Origin: Candidatus Omnitrophota bacterium
GTDB lineage: Bacteria; Omnitrophota; Gorgyraeia; Zapsychrales; Fredricksoniimonadaceae
Reading direction: 5' to 3'
DNA length: 61,791 nt
NCBI GenBank assembly: GCA_015232565.1
Contig: JADFZK010000013.1
Span: 1 to 61,791, forward strand
This document shows positions 18,565 through 28,322 of this stretch, in pieces. Within the stretch, counting starts at the first letter, position 1. Each line of letters begins with the position of its first letter. The notes beneath the pieces are model-generated. The model saw only the letters and a program-made list of their open reading frames with translations. It searched no databases and was not told the origin of the DNA. The position numbers were made by a program, and so were the translations under genes.

Positions 18565-18714
18565 TGCTGGAGCTTCATTCATGTGACTAAAACACATTTA
18601 ATGAAGGATCGTGATCTTGATAATACGATCAGGGAAATCGGGTGAGAATCCCGGGTAGTCACGCTACTGTAAGATGAACTAATGGTTCATTAAGCCAGAA
18701 TACCTGCCAGCATT
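18563..18714 (+). ncRNA. Second cobalamin riboswitch (btuB leader)
   Basis: P1 AATGCTGG/CCAGCATT; AGGGAA-TCGGGTGAGAATCCCG, CTACTGTAA, B12 box AGCCAGAATACCTGCC. Confidence 0.85.
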
Positions 18715-18798
18715 TAATGCTTTCGTGCCGCGGATGACGGCATGCAGAGCGCATAAATAAGAACAATTGAATCAACAAGACGGGATGGGTAAATTGCA

Positions 18799-20667
18799 AT
18801 GTTGAAATTAAGAATGTCGTTAAGTATGGCGGGTATCCTGGTGGCATGTTGTTCGGGGTATGCGGCTGATGGTGTGGATCTGGGGCAGATTATGGTTAGT
18901 GCAACCAAAACAGAGGCCCTTCAGGGAGAGGTTGGCAGTGCCACTACCGTAGTTACCTCCCGGGATATTAAGAAAAGTGGAAAGACCATGGTGGTTGAAG
19001 TTCTGCGCGATATTCCGGGATTAACGGTGGCTTCATCCGGGGCTTTGGGAGGGGCCACTTCGGTATATTTGCGTGGCGCTGATGCCGGATATACGTTGGT
19101 AATGATCGATGGCGTGGAAGTTAATGATCCCATGTCAACGGACCGGTCTTTTAATTTTGCAAATTTGTCTACAGATAATGTAGAGCGGATCGAAGTGGTG
19201 CGGGGTCCGCAATCTACCCTGTATGGTGCTGATGCCATAGCGGGGGTTATAAATATTATTACAAAAAAAGGCAGTGGCGCTCCCCGGTTCGCAATGTTTT
19301 CCGAAGCGGGTGCGCATAACACTTTCAGTGAGGGTGTATCGTTAAGCGGTGGCAGGGGAAAATGGGAATATTTGTTCTCCGGTTCGCGCCTGGATTCCAG
19401 TGGGATCTCCAGTGCTTTTGGCGGAGCGGAGCCTGATGGGTACAAGAACTCTACGCTTTCATCCCGGGTGGGGTATAAGTTTTCGGATAATACCAGGTTA
19501 GAAACCACTGGACGCTTAAATGATACGACAAGTGATGCGGATGATGGCAGTAATCAAGATGATCCGAACAACGTTGTTTTTGAGCGAAACATAAGCAGTA
19601 AGGTGGAGTTGTTTAATGCCCCGACTCCGGAATGGAAGCAAAGCTGGTCTTTTTCTTATTCTCTAACCAAAAAGCAGAATAAGGATCTTTCTGACACTGT
19701 GGATGTTGGGGAATTTGTTCATAGCTGGTTTGAGGGAGATAACAAGCTATTGGCCTGGCAACACGATCTTTCACCGGTTGATTGGTCTACAACTACGGTC
19801 GGAGTGGAATATCAGCAGGAGCGCGGGTATTCGGATGGTTGGTATGATACAAGTTCTCGTTTGGACAGAAGAAGTGTAGATAACAAGGCGTGTTTTCTTC
19901 AGAACCAGTTCAAGTTTTGGGACAAGTTGTTTATTACGCCAGGGGTAAGGCTGGATAATAATGAAAACTTTGGCGTGCAAGATACCTACAAACTGTCGTC
20001 GTCTTATTTGATCACCGCTACCCAAACCCGCCTGAAAGGCAACTGGGGTACCGGTTTTAAGGCGCCTTCTTTGTATCAGTTATACTCTTCTTACGGGAAC
20101 GCGGCGTTGCAGCCAGGGTTGAGTAAAAGCACGGATCTAGGTTTTGAGCAGGCGGTTCTTAATAACAAACTTTCTTTCGGTGCGATGGTTTTTGAGAATA
20201 ATTTCAGGAACATGGTGGACTATGACTTTAATGAGAATAAATATATAAATATCGGGCAAGCCGAAACCAAAGGTGTCGAGTTGGATATAAAGTTTACGCC
20301 AGTTGAACGGTTGAAGCTCGCAACAAATTTTACTTATACTGATACCGAAGATAAGGCAACCGGGAGGCAACTTTTAAGGCGTCCGGCGCGGCAATTTAAT
20401 TCTTCCGCGGATTGGCGGGTTTCGGAAAAGGCTCGTTTGAATTTAGGGGTTACGCATGTTGGCAGTCGTAAAGACATTGATTCTTTGTGGGTTTGTATTA
20501 CTGATAAAGCCTTTACTGTTCTCAGGCTGGCATCATCGTTTGATATTACCAAAGACCTGCAGGTTTTTGGCCGCATAGAGAACCTTTTCGATAAAAGATA
20601 TCAAGAGGTGTTTGGTTATGCCACCATGGGGCGTTCGGCTTACGGCGGAGTTAAGTTGTCATTCTAG
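18799..20667 (+). CDS. btuB: TonB-dependent cobalamin receptor
   Basis: TonB box region (IMVSAT), plug ERIEVVRGPQSTLYGADAIAGVINIITK, C-terminal ENLFDKRY...GVKLSF; B12 riboswitch upstream. Confidence 0.9.
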   Translation: MLKLRMSLSMAGILVACCSGYAADGVDLGQIMVSATKTEALQGEVGSATTVVTSRDIKKSGKTMVVEVLRDIPGLTVASSGALGGATSVYLRGADAGYTLVMIDGVEVNDPMSTDRSFNFANLSTDNVERIEVVRGPQSTLYGADAIAGVINIITKKGSGAPRFAMFSEAGAHNTFSEGVSLSGGRGKWEYLFSGSRLDSSGISSAFGGAEPDGYKNSTLSSRVGYKFSDNTRLETTGRLNDTTSDADDGSNQDDPNNVVFERNISSKVELFNAPTPEWKQSWSFSYSLTKKQNKDLSDTVDVGEFVHSWFEGDNKLLAWQHDLSPVDWSTTTVGVEYQQERGYSDGWYDTSSRLDRRSVDNKACFLQNQFKFWDKLFITPGVRLDNNENFGVQDTYKLSSSYLITATQTRLKGNWGTGFKAPSLYQLYSSYGNAALQPGLSKSTDLGFEQAVLNNKLSFGAMVFENNFRNMVDYDFNENKYINIGQAETKGVELDIKFTPVERLKLATNFTYTDTEDKATGRQLLRRPARQFNSSADWRVSEKARLNLGVTHVGSRKDIDSLWVCITDKAFTVLRLASSFDITKDLQVFGRIENLFDKRYQEVFGYATMGRSAYGGVKLSF

Positions 20668-20699
20668 TGCGGTGATTAATAATTTTTTTTCAAGTTGAA
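20665..20699 (+). repeat. Solo terminal-repeat-like end related to the 160-bp MITE family
   Basis: TAGTGCGGTGATTAATAATTTTTTTT matches the reverse complement of 46226-46251 at 23/26 nt; its TAG is the btuB stop codon. Confidence 0.6.
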
Positions 20700-20844
20700 G
20701 ATGGATGCGGATGTATATTTTGCCATTAACAACCTTTTTGCTGAGAAATATAACAATTACACGAGTTTTGATGCTTCCGGCATGCCTAATAACTACCCTG
20801 CGCCGGAATGTGATTATATTCTGGGCATGAAATGTCGTTTTTGA
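20689..20844 (+). pseudogene. Relic C-terminal fragment of a second TonB-dependent receptor
   Basis: 20701-20844 translates as MDADVYFAINNLFAEKYNNYTSFDASGMPNNYPAPECDYILGMKCRF*, a typical TBDR final-strand signature (NNLF..KY...YPAP....G...F). Confidence 0.75.
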
Positions 20845-21073
20845 GCCTTAGTGTAGTCGGTTTTTCGGCCTTTGTTTTTGCAGGCAGGCAGGTCCTCGGG
20901 GCGGGGTGAAAGTATTCCTTGTGTTTATTTGCGTTTTGAATTATATTTTAATTATCCGTCAAGTCGCTCTTGATAGTTGAGCTATGAATCTGCTGGCGAA
21001 TATCACTATCAACAGTATTTGCATAATTGTAACAGGTTGGTTAGATCTTTTAACATTAACGAAAGGAGCTTTT

Positions 21074-24000
21074 ATGCCATCCTTACTAATGAAAAGATCC
21101 ATTCTGTTCGGTCTTCTGCTGTTTCTAGTGTCTACAGGTAGTTCTTTTGCCGGTTCTGCCACAACTACCACTACCCCTACCACCACGACTGCAACAACCA
21201 CTAAAACCACGGTCAGCACTGCTACAAAAACTTCTTCGAAAGTTGCACTCACTGATTTGCTTGGCGGAACGGTTAAAAGCGCCGCGTCAACTAAAACACC
21301 TGTTGCCAAAGGGGTTGTTTCGGCAATGAGCGCGTCGGGTTCTGGCACGGGGCTTGACACGGGCATTCAAAATGTGGGTAAAACCGTGATGGTCGATCAG
21401 CGCAGTGGTGGAGCCGGGGTGAGCGTTCCCTTATATATCCCCGAAGGCCGCGGAGGGATTACGCCGCCCTTGCAACTTACCTGGTCGCCAACAGCGGGCG
21501 ACGGCCCGTTTGGCTGGGGCTGGAGCATGGACATGGGTTCGGTGGTGCGCAATACCAAGAACGGCGTGCCAAAGTATGATGCGACGGATACCTTTATTGC
21601 AACGTTGGGCGGCAAAAGCTACGAACTGGTCAGCATCGGGAATAACGAGTACCGTTCCAAATTCGACGACGACCGCATGCAATTCTTCTTTATCAACGGA
21701 GTCTGGAGCGCCAAAGGCCGTAGCGGCACAACGTATTATTTTGGCAGTCGGCCTGGCTCAACGGTGAATGATGGCGGGTCGAAAGTGTTTCGGTGGAAGC
21801 TGGATCGAATAGAGGATTTGTTTAGGAATGTGTTGGTGGTGGATTATGGGGCGGATGAGAGTTATGAAGTGCGCTATGGACTCAAATCAGGGCTAAGCAC
21901 GTTAACAGACGTGAACGATAAGTCAAATTTTGCGTATGTGATCAATGTGATTGCTCAGTCAGTGAATCGATCTGATGTGTCAACAGAGTATAAGCCAGGT
22001 TTTGCAGTGAGTAAGAAACGTCTTGTTTCGACAATCACGATTATCGGCGGTGGAAATTTAATGAAAAAATATAGTTTTTCTTATGCATCCAGTGGAAGTA
22101 CAAATCGAACATTACTAAAGAATGTTTCCGAAACCGGCTCTGATGGTGTAACAGCTCAGTCAGTGGTTAATCTTCAATATAACAACATGGAGACATTGGA
22201 GTATTCATTAAAATTCATTAATGACCCATTGCAAGGCGAGGATCAATGGAGAGTAGTGTTGGGCGGAAACTCATCGAAATATCTATATGTGAATGCTCCT
22301 AAAAAAGTATTATTATACTATTATCAGGATAATCCGAGTGTTAAGTGGTGGATTCGTTTGTATCTCAATGGAAGTGAAGTTTTCTCAAAAGAGTCTGAAG
22401 ACCGATCAGCAAGAGGGAGCTTCACTATTAGCTTAAACAAAGGTTATAATTACCTGGATTTTCAGACAGGTTGTTGGGGGAATTGTGATTTTGGATTAAC
22501 TGGTTTTGATGACCAAGTAGATTTATTGACTTCTTCGCAGGTAATTATTCCGCAGTTAGCCGGTGATTTTAATGGTGACGGCAAGACAGACGTGGCGACA
22601 TATTTTTCGGATACGAGTTCTATTAAAGTGGCACTTTCGGATGGTTTGAATTTTCTTCCAAAGACAACGTGGATCGAATCGTTTTCTAAGGACAAGAAGC
22701 TTATACTCGGCGATTTTAACGCGGACGGTAAGGTAGATATTGCGGCGTATGATTCATCCGCCAGGACTGTCCGCGTGGCGCTTTCTGACGGTGCTAAATT
22801 TACGGATAGTGGCATTTGGTTGAACAATGTGCCTTTGGGTGCGGATGTTTATGCCGGAGACTTTAACGGTGATGGCCGCAGTGATCTTTATATGATGACT
22901 CGACCTTCCGGTTGGCAGGTTCAGCTCGCGCAGAGTACGGGTACTGGTTTTCAGACAGGCGATTCATATACGCCGCAGATGGGTTCCACGAATGCTGCGA
23001 TTATTCCGGGAGATTTTAATGGGGATGGGCTGACTGACTTAATTTCATTCGATTCGGCTATGGGCAACTGGGAGTTTCAGCTTAATATCAATGGTTTTGG
23101 AAATACGGGCATTTATTCTGTTGGCGGTTTTGCAGAAGGCAAAGCGCCTGCGATCGCAGATTTTAATCATGACGGGAAAACAGATATTGGCTATTTTGAT
23201 GCGGCGAATAAAACGATTTATTACTGGCCTTCGATTAACGGCGGTTTTGGTGTTGCACAAACATTATCATTTAGTTTCACCTTAACCGATCCCGCCACTA
23301 CCCAGCTTCAAACCGCTGATTTTAATGGCGACGGTATTCTTGATTACATGGTTTTCAATAACAGTGGAAAGGTTGAGATCGCCTTGTCCGGCGACACCAA
23401 ATTCAACGACCTGCTCACTTCTTACGATAATAATCACGGCGGCAAAGTTGATATCGAATACGGTTCCTCGGCCGATGAGAAGAACAAGTACATGCCCTTT
23501 ACCGTCCCGGTGGTCAAGAAGGTTACCGTTAGCGATGGTCTCGGAAACGCGGTGGCGTCTACCTATTCTTACGATGGAGGATACTGGGACTCTGCGGAGC
23601 GCGAGTATTACGGCTTTAAAGAAACCCGTGTTACCGACAGCCTCGGGAACTACGCCCTGGCGCAATACAATCAAGATAATCTGTATATGCGCGGCCGCAT
23701 TGACCGCACGGCGATGTACGACAAAAACGGCAAGATCTTGCGCGAAAGCCGTTCGCAGTGGAACAACGATCCGGTGATCCCGGGCCGGGAAGACGCGCGT
23801 TTTGTAACGCCCAAACGTGTTGACAATTTTGTGTATGACACGCCCACATCCGGCCTGCGCACCGCGCAGGAATTCGTTTTTGATGTGCCGCTGGGCCTTC
23901 TGAACGAAACCCGCGACCTGGGCGAAGTGGATTTCAGGACCGGCCTGGATAAGGGCGAAGACCTGGTGCGCACCACGATGACGTACAACAATAATCCGGC

Positions 24001-27000
24001 GCTGGGGTTGACGGGTTTTGCCGCCTCGCGTTCGTCGTACGACAAGAAAGATGTGCTGATCGCCCGGGAATGGAACACTTACGATAACGCCGCCGACTAC
24101 ACCACCCCGGTGCAAAAAGGCCTTATCACCCAAAAGAAGATCTGGAACGTGGTGCAGGGCAGTGAGCGCGATCTGGTTTACGAGTATACCTATAACGATT
24201 ACGGGGCCATTACTAAAACCAAAGACCCGAAAAGCGGCACCAGTGAAGTGATCTATGATACAACTTTCGCCATGTTCCCGCTGGTGAAACACAATGCCAA
24301 ACAGCAGGAAGCGGTAAACACCTTCTATGGTATTAACGGCGTGCCGTTAACCGGAGGCATTTGGGGCGCGTTACAATCCACCACCGATATAAACCAGAAA
24401 AAAGGCACGTATTTTTACGATACGCTGGGCCGGGTTACCTCGGTTGTTTCGCCGCTTGATTCAACAGCTTATCCCACCACTTCCTATGAGTACATAGACC
24501 AGCCGAATTACCGCCTGGTGATCAGTCATAGCCGGGTGGAGCACAATGCACCGGCTACCCTTGACTCGTACACTTTTTACGATGGCCTTGGGCGTCCTGT
24601 TGCCCAAAAGTCTCCAACGGCTGTGTCGTCCCAATGGGCGGTGTCGGGGCATGTGGTTTACAATTCGCGGGGGGAGGTGTCGAAAAAACTTCTGCCGTAT
24701 TTATCCAGCAAACCCGCCGCCGAACTGGAACTGCCCGATCCCGCTAAACCGGGAACGGTTTTTGAATACGATGCCTTGGGCCGTACGGTGAAAGTAACAT
24801 ACCCTGATGGCACCTATGCCAACTCGATCTATACCGGACTGAGCGTGACGAGTTACGATCCTAATGGTCATCGGCGGATGAATGCGTTAGATGCCCGCGG
24901 GCGGGTAACGAGCGCGGTGGAGTATGTGGGGGCAGACGGGCGTTGTCCCCTCTATCCCAACACCTCTTTTATGCCCTACGGTGTTACGCGGTATGTCTAC
25001 GACATCCAGGGCAATCTGGTTAAAGTGATCGACGCCAGGAGCAATGTAACCGAGATGGTCTACGACCAGCTAGGCCGCAAGGTCGCCATGAAAGATACCG
25101 ACATGGGTGTGGTGCGGTATTCCTATGATGATAATGGCAACCTCGTAACTCAAACCGACGCGTTGGGACAGATCAAGTCTTTTGTTTACGACGATCTTAA
25201 TCGCGTAACGTTTAAATCAACGCTCAATGCCCAAACGCCGGTAACACCGGTAACGTATCATTACGATATGAACCCCAATGGCGTGGGCCGGTTGTCGGAA
25301 GTGACGTACAACGCCGACAAAGCCACGTTCAGTTATGACGATCTGGGCCAGGAGATCGCCTCGACCAAAACGATCAACGGCGCCGCTTACGGCACCGGGC
25401 GCGTGTTCGATGCGCTTGGCCGGATGAAAGAAGTGACGTATCCTGATGCTGCTGTTGTAAAGTATCGGTTCAATACCGCCGGACAGCTCAATCGCGTGAA
25501 GTTTACCCGCACAATGGATGTTGGCGGGGAAACATGGGTCTCAACCAAGGATATTGTTACCGATATCCAGTACGCTGTTAACGGTCAGATCAACAGCAAA
25601 ACCCTGGGCAACGGCGTTACGATCACGTATACCTATGACCCGTTGAATTTCCGGCTGAAAGAGCTGGTTTCAAAAAATACTAAAGGCGAAACGCTTCAGC
25701 GCCTGAACTATTTCTACGACTATGTCGGGAACGTCACCAAGGTAGTGGACGGGGTCACCGCGATCACCCGGACCTTGCGTTATGACGAGCTGAACCGGAT
25801 GACGTATTCCGACGGCCGTGAAGGCCCGATGTATTATTCGTACGACAATATCGGGAATATGATTAAGAAGGGCGCGCTTACCTACACGTACGGCACTTCC
25901 TGTTATAAGCCATGGCCGGCGTCTTTACCCGGAACGGGCGGCACAACGGGTGGCACTACGGGCGGCGCGGCGGATGCGTGCTCCGGACCCGGGCCGCATG
26001 CGGTGGTGGCTATTTCCGACGGCACAAATATGAGTTACGACGCCAACGGCAATATGAGCGAAATGCAAACGCCGGCCGAGGCCAAATTTTTCTCATACGA
26101 CACGGATAATCGTTTGATCAGGGTGGAGAAGCGTTCGAAGCTGGGGTTCGCTACCATTGCGACCCTTTTTACCTACGACGGCGATGGCGGCCGTACCGGA
26201 AAAACCAGCGTGCAGAATGTGGTATCGCCTTCCACAGGCATGGTGGTCAGCACTATTACCATACCCACCCGCTATGTGGGCGAAATTTATGAGGAAAACC
26301 AGGGCGGGAAAGTGGATTACATTTTCGAGGGCGGTTCGCGCCTGGCCGCGTGGGATGGCCAGTCTATGAGGTTTTTCCTGGGCGATCATCTAGGCAGTAC
26401 CAATGTGGTGGCCGATGATCAGGGAGGTATTAAGGAACGCATCGAGTTTACTCCCTGGGGTGAAAAATCGTTTATAGATACGCCCGGCAGTCAAACCGAG
26501 AAAGCCTGGCTCTTTTTCACCGGAAAGATGGTAGACGAGGAAACCGGATTGATCTATTTCGGGGCCAGATATTACAGCCCAAAGATCGGCCGGTTTATTA
26601 CGGCGGATACCATCGTACCAAGTCCGTACAATCCGCAAACATTGAATCGGTATTCGTATTGCAATAACAATCCGTTGACGCTTGTCGACCCGACGGGGCA
26701 TTGGCCTAAATATCTTACTAAGGTAAATAAAATATTAGGTCACTTAATGGATTCGTGGGGACAAGTTACAGGTGGTGATTGGAGCGGTGAAGCTTACGCT
26801 TCTGTTACGGTAGGAGATAACAGTAGTACACAAAACAGCGGATCAACGAAAAATCGTTCATATTCAGGGAGTAGTAGCGGGAACAGTTATTCGGGCAATA
26901 GTTATAGTGGAAGTGACGGGTATTCATATTCGATTTTTGACCCGGTGCTTGCGCGGCTGAGCGCAGGACCTTCTAGGTCTTTAATTGTTGATTTGGGAAA

Positions 27001-27544
27001 GATAACGGTTTATTACGATAAAGGTCGAGACAGAGGGGTTCCACCGGTCGATTCGTTAGACTCGGTCCAGCTTGGTCTTGACGTGGCGGGGATGGCACCT
27101 GGGATTGGTGCTTTGCCTGATATTGTTAGTGGCGGAATAAGCTTGTTCAGAGGTAATTATCTTGGTTTTGGATTGTCGGTGCTTTCGGCAGTGCCTGTAT
27201 TAGGCGATTTTGCATCTGCGGGTAATATTTCAAAAAGAGTATTTTGGTCTGGGAAAGGTGCGGAACGAGCAGCAATGAACTTTGCAAAAGGTGTTAATGC
27301 GACAACCTTAGAAATGACAGCTGTTGGTAAAAACTTAATAGCAGCTGATAAAATGACTAGTTCATTTAATAAGATGGCCTGGCGAAATGCGTCGGCAGAC
27401 TTTGCACGTGGTGCCTCTGGTGAAGTTCATGTCTTTCATAGCATATATGGTGTTAGAACGGCAAGTACTTGGGCTGAGACTGAGTATGGAATCTTGAAGA
27501 ACAATAGGAATGTTTCTCGTATTATTTATCATAATGTTGAATAG
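21074..27544 (+). CDS. Secreted TcB/TcC-like polymorphic toxin: signal peptide, SpvB-N, 6 FG-GAP repeats, TcdB-mid, YD/RHS repeats, RHS core, PT-TG, Tox-ARC-like tip
   Basis: SD AAGGAG before ATG 21074; PEGRGG..P.L.L.....GDGPFGWGW; (G/A)DFNxDG..D x6; EREYYGF; DHLGS, YFGARYY.P..GRF...D, PLTLVDPTG; tip FWSG/TLEMT/W..AS..FA..ASG.V/S.W..TE. Confidence 0.88.
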   Translation: MPSLLMKRSILFGLLLFLVSTGSSFAGSATTTTTPTTTTATTTKTTVSTATKTSSKVALTDLLGGTVKSAASTKTPVAKGVVSAMSASGSGTGLDTGIQNVGKTVMVDQRSGGAGVSVPLYIPEGRGGITPPLQLTWSPTAGDGPFGWGWSMDMGSVVRNTKNGVPKYDATDTFIATLGGKSYELVSIGNNEYRSKFDDDRMQFFFINGVWSAKGRSGTTYYFGSRPGSTVNDGGSKVFRWKLDRIEDLFRNVLVVDYGADESYEVRYGLKSGLSTLTDVNDKSNFAYVINVIAQSVNRSDVSTEYKPGFAVSKKRLVSTITIIGGGNLMKKYSFSYASSGSTNRTLLKNVSETGSDGVTAQSVVNLQYNNMETLEYSLKFINDPLQGEDQWRVVLGGNSSKYLYVNAPKKVLLYYYQDNPSVKWWIRLYLNGSEVFSKESEDRSARGSFTISLNKGYNYLDFQTGCWGNCDFGLTGFDDQVDLLTSSQVIIPQLAGDFNGDGKTDVATYFSDTSSIKVALSDGLNFLPKTTWIESFSKDKKLILGDFNADGKVDIAAYDSSARTVRVALSDGAKFTDSGIWLNNVPLGADVYAGDFNGDGRSDLYMMTRPSGWQVQLAQSTGTGFQTGDSYTPQMGSTNAAIIPGDFNGDGLTDLISFDSAMGNWEFQLNINGFGNTGIYSVGGFAEGKAPAIADFNHDGKTDIGYFDAANKTIYYWPSINGGFGVAQTLSFSFTLTDPATTQLQTADFNGDGILDYMVFNNSGKVEIALSGDTKFNDLLTSYDNNHGGKVDIEYGSSADEKNKYMPFTVPVVKKVTVSDGLGNAVASTYSYDGGYWDSAEREYYGFKETRVTDSLGNYALAQYNQDNLYMRGRIDRTAMYDKNGKILRESRSQWNNDPVIPGREDARFVTPKRVDNFVYDTPTSGLRTAQEFVFDVPLGLLNETRDLGEVDFRTGLDKGEDLVRTTMTYNNNPALGLTGFAASRSSYDKKDVLIAREWNTYDNAADYTTPVQKGLITQKKIWNVVQGSERDLVYEYTYNDYGAITKTKDPKSGTSEVIYDTTFAMFPLVKHNAKQQEAVNTFYGINGVPLTGGIWGALQSTTDINQKKGTYFYDTLGRVTSVVSPLDSTAYPTTSYEYIDQPNYRLVISHSRVEHNAPATLDSYTFYDGLGRPVAQKSPTAVSSQWAVSGHVVYNSRGEVSKKLLPYLSSKPAAELELPDPAKPGTVFEYDALGRTVKVTYPDGTYANSIYTGLSVTSYDPNGHRRMNALDARGRVTSAVEYVGADGRCPLYPNTSFMPYGVTRYVYDIQGNLVKVIDARSNVTEMVYDQLGRKVAMKDTDMGVVRYSYDDNGNLVTQTDALGQIKSFVYDDLNRVTFKSTLNAQTPVTPVTYHYDMNPNGVGRLSEVTYNADKATFSYDDLGQEIASTKTINGAAYGTGRVFDALGRMKEVTYPDAAVVKYRFNTAGQLNRVKFTRTMDVGGETWVSTKDIVTDIQYAVNGQINSKTLGNGVTITYTYDPLNFRLKELVSKNTKGETLQRLNYFYDYVGNVTKVVDGVTAITRTLRYDELNRMTYSDGREGPMYYSYDNIGNMIKKGALTYTYGTSCYKPWPASLPGTGGTTGGTTGGAADACSGPGPHAVVAISDGTNMSYDANGNMSEMQTPAEAKFFSYDTDNRLIRVEKRSKLGFATIATLFTYDGDGGRTGKTSVQNVVSPSTGMVVSTITIPTRYVGEIYEENQGGKVDYIFEGGSRLAAWDGQSMRFFLGDHLGSTNVVADDQGGIKERIEFTPWGEKSFIDTPGSQTEKAWLFFTGKMVDEETGLIYFGARYYSPKIGRFITADTIVPSPYNPQTLNRYSYCNNNPLTLVDPTGHWPKYLTKVNKILGHLMDSWGQVTGGDWSGEAYASVTVGDNSSTQNSGSTKNRSYSGSSSGNSYSGNSYSGSDGYSYSIFDPVLARLSAGPSRSLIVDLGKITVYYDKGRDRGVPPVDSLDSVQLGLDVAGMAPGIGALPDIVSGGISLFRGNYLGFGLSVLSAVPVLGDFASAGNISKRVFWSGKGAERAAMNFAKGVNATTLEMTAVGKNLIAADKMTSSFNKMAWRNASADFARGASGEVHVFHSIYGVRTASTWAETEYGILKNNRNVSRIIYHNVE

Positions 27545-27564
27545 CTTTTTGGAGAGGCTTTAAT

Positions 27565-27828
27565 ATGGTAAGCAATTTACAATTTCCTCGTGTTCGTCGA
27601 ATGATGGATGGACGGTCTGGCGAGTTGTTTTATGAGGAAGAAGGTCGTTTTGTTTCAACATATATCGAAATGTCTGGTGATCTTAAATATACCTTTTTGG
27701 TTTGGCTTGAAGATATTAAGAGTAAAGAATGGTCCAGCGGTGAGAAAATAACAGAATCTGATTTTGAAAGGATCCGGATTGCGTTCATGGAATGGGCAAA
27801 AGAGAAGGGAATAGAATGTCAATGGTAG
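27565..27828 (+). CDS. Probable cognate immunity protein (Imm74-like)
   Basis: 87 aa, SD GGAGAGG, 20 bp after the toxin, AT-rich like the toxin tip; GRSG.L.Y.E.GR pattern. Imm74 is the family described next to Tox-ARC; assignment by context. Confidence 0.7.
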   Translation: MVSNLQFPRVRRMMDGRSGELFYEEEGRFVSTYIEMSGDLKYTFLVWLEDIKSKEWSSGEKITESDFERIRIAFMEWAKEKGIECQW

Positions 27829-27964
27829 TTGGAAACACCGAAGTATAATTCTTTGCTCTGAATTAATCTTTTGGCATACAGATATTTGGCAATAAGATAA
27901 AGGTTAATTATGGCTATTTGTTGTCCACCCGACGAAGCCTGCATAAGAACGCAGGAGTGTTGTT

Positions 27965-28075
27965 ATGGGTCGTGATTGCAGAATTCATTATCCGGGTTTA
28001 ATCTATCATGTTGGTAATCAAGGAAATAACCGACAGGCGGTATTTTTTGAGCCGGATGATTAGCAGCATTATCTC
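27965..28075 (+). pseudogene. RAYT / IS200-like Y1 transposase N-terminal relic
   Basis: MGRDCRIHYPGLIYHVGNQGNNRQAVFFEPDD*QHYL matches the RAYT N-terminus (R.HYPG..YHV..RGNNRQ..F); in-frame TAG at 28061; SD AGGAG. Confidence 0.75.
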
Positions 28076-28322
28076 GGACGAGCAAAACCTCTATAAGCAA
28101 GGTGAATTACAGTAGTGGGCAACTACAAGGATTTCTTGTTAGTTCGCCGTGAGGGCGGTCGTGATGTATGGCGTCGTCGCATTTCATTGATTTTGTGTAA
28201 TAGGTTTCTGCACACTTTTCCAACTATCCATAATAGATATCAAGAATAGCATTAATAATATATCCTTTAAGCTATCTAGTATCAATACATCGAATTAACA
28301 TGCCCCAATAGGCGTGTAGCGC

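Noticed and set aside
20849-20857. TAGTGTAGT, identical to the start of MITE copy 1
   Set aside because: Little similarity beyond 9 nt; could be chance.
20984-21073. Longer N-terminus of the RHS toxin given by the ORF track
   Set aside because: A strong SD and a signal peptide support ATG 21074.
23282-24292. Long antisense ORFs (also 4266-5102, 31729-32439, 32761-33582, 54726-55508, 57101-57880)
   Set aside because: Shadow frames of well-supported genes, with no recognisable motifs.
28225-28277. TATCC/GATA half-sites upstream of the hipB-like gene as HipB operators
   Set aside because: No complete TATCC-N8-GGATA, and the AT-rich context makes chance matches likely.
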